64,000 nucleotides of DNA from Phyllosticta citribraziliensis (taxonomy: Eukaryota), in assembly GCF_038025025.1 (NCBI RefSeq), contig NW_027117340.1, positions 310,001 to 374,000 of the forward strand, given 5' to 3'. Below, one piece after another: positions 61,612 to 64,000 of the stretch; position 1 is the first letter of the stretch; every line of letters starts with the position of its first letter. A model generated the notes under the pieces. That model worked only from the letters and a program-made list of their open reading frames with translations, did no database searches and was not told the origin of the DNA. The position numbers and the translations under genes were made by a program.

Positions 61612-63609
61612 CTAGCCTGGCAGCCCACCTCTGGCCATTTTGCGAGCGCGCTGGTCCCGCCGGTTGTGATTTGCGCGAGACGACTTGTTTGCCTCCTTTC
61701 GATTCCGATTGACCTGAGTCTGCTTGTCGCTTGACGAGCCGGCAGCGCTGCTGGCGTCGCCTTGTGCGGCACCACCTCGTCCGCCTCGTCCTCGCCCGCG
61801 GCCTCGGCCATTCCCTCTTCCCCTGAACCCTCCACGGCCTCCCTGGCCCTCGCTATCCTCGGTCCCTGATCCAGCGGGGCTGTCCCTCCACCGTGTCGAC
61901 GTAATCTCGCGTTGCTGTCCGTCAAAGGTGGAGAATTTGGCTTCGAGTCGCCTCCGGTTCCGTGGGTCGCGGGCCAGCATGATGGACCAACCCTCGATCG
62001 CTTCATCCGTCATGCCAGTCTCGCTTCGAAGTGCCTCTCTTGCTCTGCCCCGTCTCGTCGCGGCGTCTCGGTTGAACGTGTCCTTTGAGAGAGAGTAGGC
62101 GCGGAACAGTGCCTCTTCGTTCTTGTCGCGCAAATCGGCCGCTTCGTCGCCTGGAGCAGCTGAATCTACCGTGCCGCCGACGTCTTCCACGTCGTAAGTG
62201 TCGTCACGCTCATCATCGTCCAAGTCAAACGTTGCCAGGGCAGACAAGATGGCGGCTTTGTTTGGTGCAGTCTTTTTGTCTGCCAGTATTTTATCTGCAG
62301 TAAGATTCTCATTCTTGCGCCCAATATGCAATCGCGAAGCATCGACCGCGAGTTGATCCAGTTCGTCATTATCGTGTATGTTGCGTCTGTCAAAGACCGG
62401 CGTCGAACGAGGCTCCAGAGTTGAATGGTGATGCTCGGTCTTGTCTTGGACTGTTGGTGGAAGTTGCGCAGTTCGGTCAGCAGCTTTGAGATGTGCCGGC
62501 AGTGAGTCGTCGAGAAGATGCGCCGTGACTTGCTCGACGTCGTCTTTATACTCGCGCAGACATTGGATGATGAACGCAGAACCGAGGTCGGGAAACAAGT
62601 CTTGAATCTGAGTGACGAGACTCATCTGGTGAACGCTGACGCCTCCAGCGCCATGTCCAAACACATCATCCGCTGCTCTTCCTTTGCCCTTTTCAGCCTT
62701 GCGCCGCACGACTTGCTTCGGCCTTGCGAGACTCGACTGCCTGAATGAGGACAGAGACTCAACAAAGTTTTTGACTCTCACACCGTCATCGCCGCTTCCG
62801 CTATCCCGGATGCGCGCTATCAGGGGAGTGTTGGTGACAAGGTCAGACAGGAGCGAAGGCTGTAGACTCGACTCTGCCACTGTCTCCGCGTTGCTTTTCA
62901 GGCTGTACAGAGTATCAGACAGGAGAGAATAGCTCGGCCTCTCTCCTTTCGTCAAAGCAAGCAATGCCAGTGACGCAACAGTGACAATCTTTGGTCGGAG
63001 CTCGGGTGATGCTTTGGTGTAGCTTGCACACAGAGCGTCAAGGAAGTCAGTCCCAGCGATGAAAAACGTTGCGACCTCTGAAGACGTGTGCAGGAGCGGG
63101 ACGAGCTCTTTCAATGCGTCCTCTGCTGCTTCCGGGGTCGTTGATTCTAGCGTCTTTGTCAAAGAAGACTTTAGCTTTTGCAGATTTGACTCGATCTGGT
63201 CGCCATTCTTCTTCCAGATGGTGGAGAGCAGTTCTCTTAATCGCTCACTGCGCAGGAACACGTGGCTGAGGTTTGAAAGAAAAGTCCAGTGTAGTAGTTT
63301 TTGCGGAACCTGTTCTCCTGAAAGCAACCTATGTGACAGCAAGAAACAGGTCTTCTTCAGCTCGTGTGCTTTCTTGGCCTGAAATTGAGCGTCATTCCCC
63401 GGAGCTTTTGCCGCCTCTTGGAAATAAGAAGTCAAGAAAGTGATTAGAGGTCCCTCTTCTGCAGCTGCTTGGGCGAAGTCTTTTTGAGGGAGGCGCAGAT
63501 ATGCCACAGCGAGCGTCGACCATGCCTCCACGCAAGATTCCCATTCGGCTGGCGGGATACTGCGCCGGACGGTAGAAGGAGGAAAGGGCGCAAGAGGCGG
63601 AAGAGGCAT
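61612..63609 (-). CDS. CUE3: CUE-domain protein, ASCC2/Cue3 (Rqt3) ribosome quality-control trigger subunit
   Basis: 665-aa single ORF. CUE domain VTQIQDLFPDLGSAFIIQCLREYKDDVEQVTAHLLD; DDDERDDTYD; RGG-rich region; C-terminal KEANKSSRANHNRRDQRARKMARG typical of ASCC2. Confidence 0.9.
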   Translation of the reverse strand: MPLPPLAPFPPSTVRRSIPPAEWESCVEAWSTLAVAYLRLPQKDFAQAAAEEGPLITFLTSYFQEAAKAPGNDAQFQAKKAHELKKTCFLLSHRLLSGEQVPQKLLHWTFLSNLSHVFLRSERLRELLSTIWKKNGDQIESNLQKLKSSLTKTLESTTPEAAEDALKELVPLLHTSSEVATFFIAGTDFLDALCASYTKASPELRPKIVTVASLALLALTKGERPSYSLLSDTLYSLKSNAETVAESSLQPSLLSDLVTNTPLIARIRDSGSGDDGVRVKNFVESLSSFRQSSLARPKQVVRRKAEKGKGRAADDVFGHGAGGVSVHQMSLVTQIQDLFPDLGSAFIIQCLREYKDDVEQVTAHLLDDSLPAHLKAADRTAQLPPTVQDKTEHHHSTLEPRSTPVFDRRNIHDNDELDQLAVDASRLHIGRKNENLTADKILADKKTAPNKAAILSALATFDLDDDERDDTYDVEDVGGTVDSAAPGDEAADLRDKNEEALFRAYSLSKDTFNRDAATRRGRAREALRSETGMTDEAIEGWSIMLARDPRNRRRLEAKFSTFDGQQREITSTRWRDSPAGSGTEDSEGQGGRGGFRGRGNGRGRGRGRGGRGGAAQGDASSAAGSSSDKQTQVNRNRKEANKSSRANHNRRDQRARKMARGGLPG

Positions 63610-64000
63610 TCTTGTCAGAACCGAGACGAACCAGAGAAGCGAAGAGAAGAGGAGAGGGAGGGAAAGGGCAGAATAGCGGCTTGGAGGCGAAAACGATAGG
63701 AATCACATTCAGGGCCAGGCGCGAGTTGAGACTGGAGGTGGTCGTTTTGGGACACCGTCATCCAGCGATCCAATGTCAGCCGTTTGACGCGCTAACCTTA
63801 ACAGCACTAGCGCGCCAAGATTTCTTTCCGAACCACGCACAGTTGCCGAAAATGCGCCCGCAATTCCAAACTTCTCTTCTTCAGCACCGCGACAATCTGA
63901 GCAGCTGCCAGTCATCACGTTACCGAGAGGAACCCTCCGAGTCTTGACTGGAAATTTCACTTCATAACCGTACGTCAAAACCAGCATCCGCGCGCTTCAC

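Noticed and set aside
1..64000. tRNA, rRNA, transposase or secondary-metabolite backbone genes
   Set aside because: None recognised by eye; tRNAscan-SE and Infernal would be needed to exclude small RNAs.

Overview
Gene-dense, intron-rich, GC-rich eukaryotic DNA from a filamentous ascomycete. The introns are short GT-AG with CTRAC/CTAAY branch points; a Dothideomycete-like origin is my inference. About 22 protein-coding genes could be modelled by hand. Conserved genes: SnoaL/NTF2-like protein, Dopey/DOP1, SLA1, pirin, MRGE-type alpha-tubulin, MscS-like (Msy) channel, DHR2 helicase, HRD1, mitochondrial ribosomal IMG2/L49 (absent from the ORF track), eIF3e, TAN1 (one GC-AG intron), an APH-like probable pseudokinase, and CUE3/ASCC2. 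Also present are two LEA/SMP-like proteins, two convergent secreted proteins and several orphans. An accessory-looking block (about 37.3-44.7 kb) holds a decayed 353-bp TIR element, an orphan gene, a divergent single-exon kinase and a protein with 93-bp tandem repeats. The most notable unexplained signal is the 4.3-kb gap at 57.25-61.6 kb with no credible protein gene. Its minus strand carries an exact TAACCCTAA (the Pezizomycotina telomerase RNA template), nested helices on the 5' side and G-U-containing hairpins downstream. It is a candidate telomerase RNA or other structured ncRNA, unproven without covariance-model searches or RNA data.
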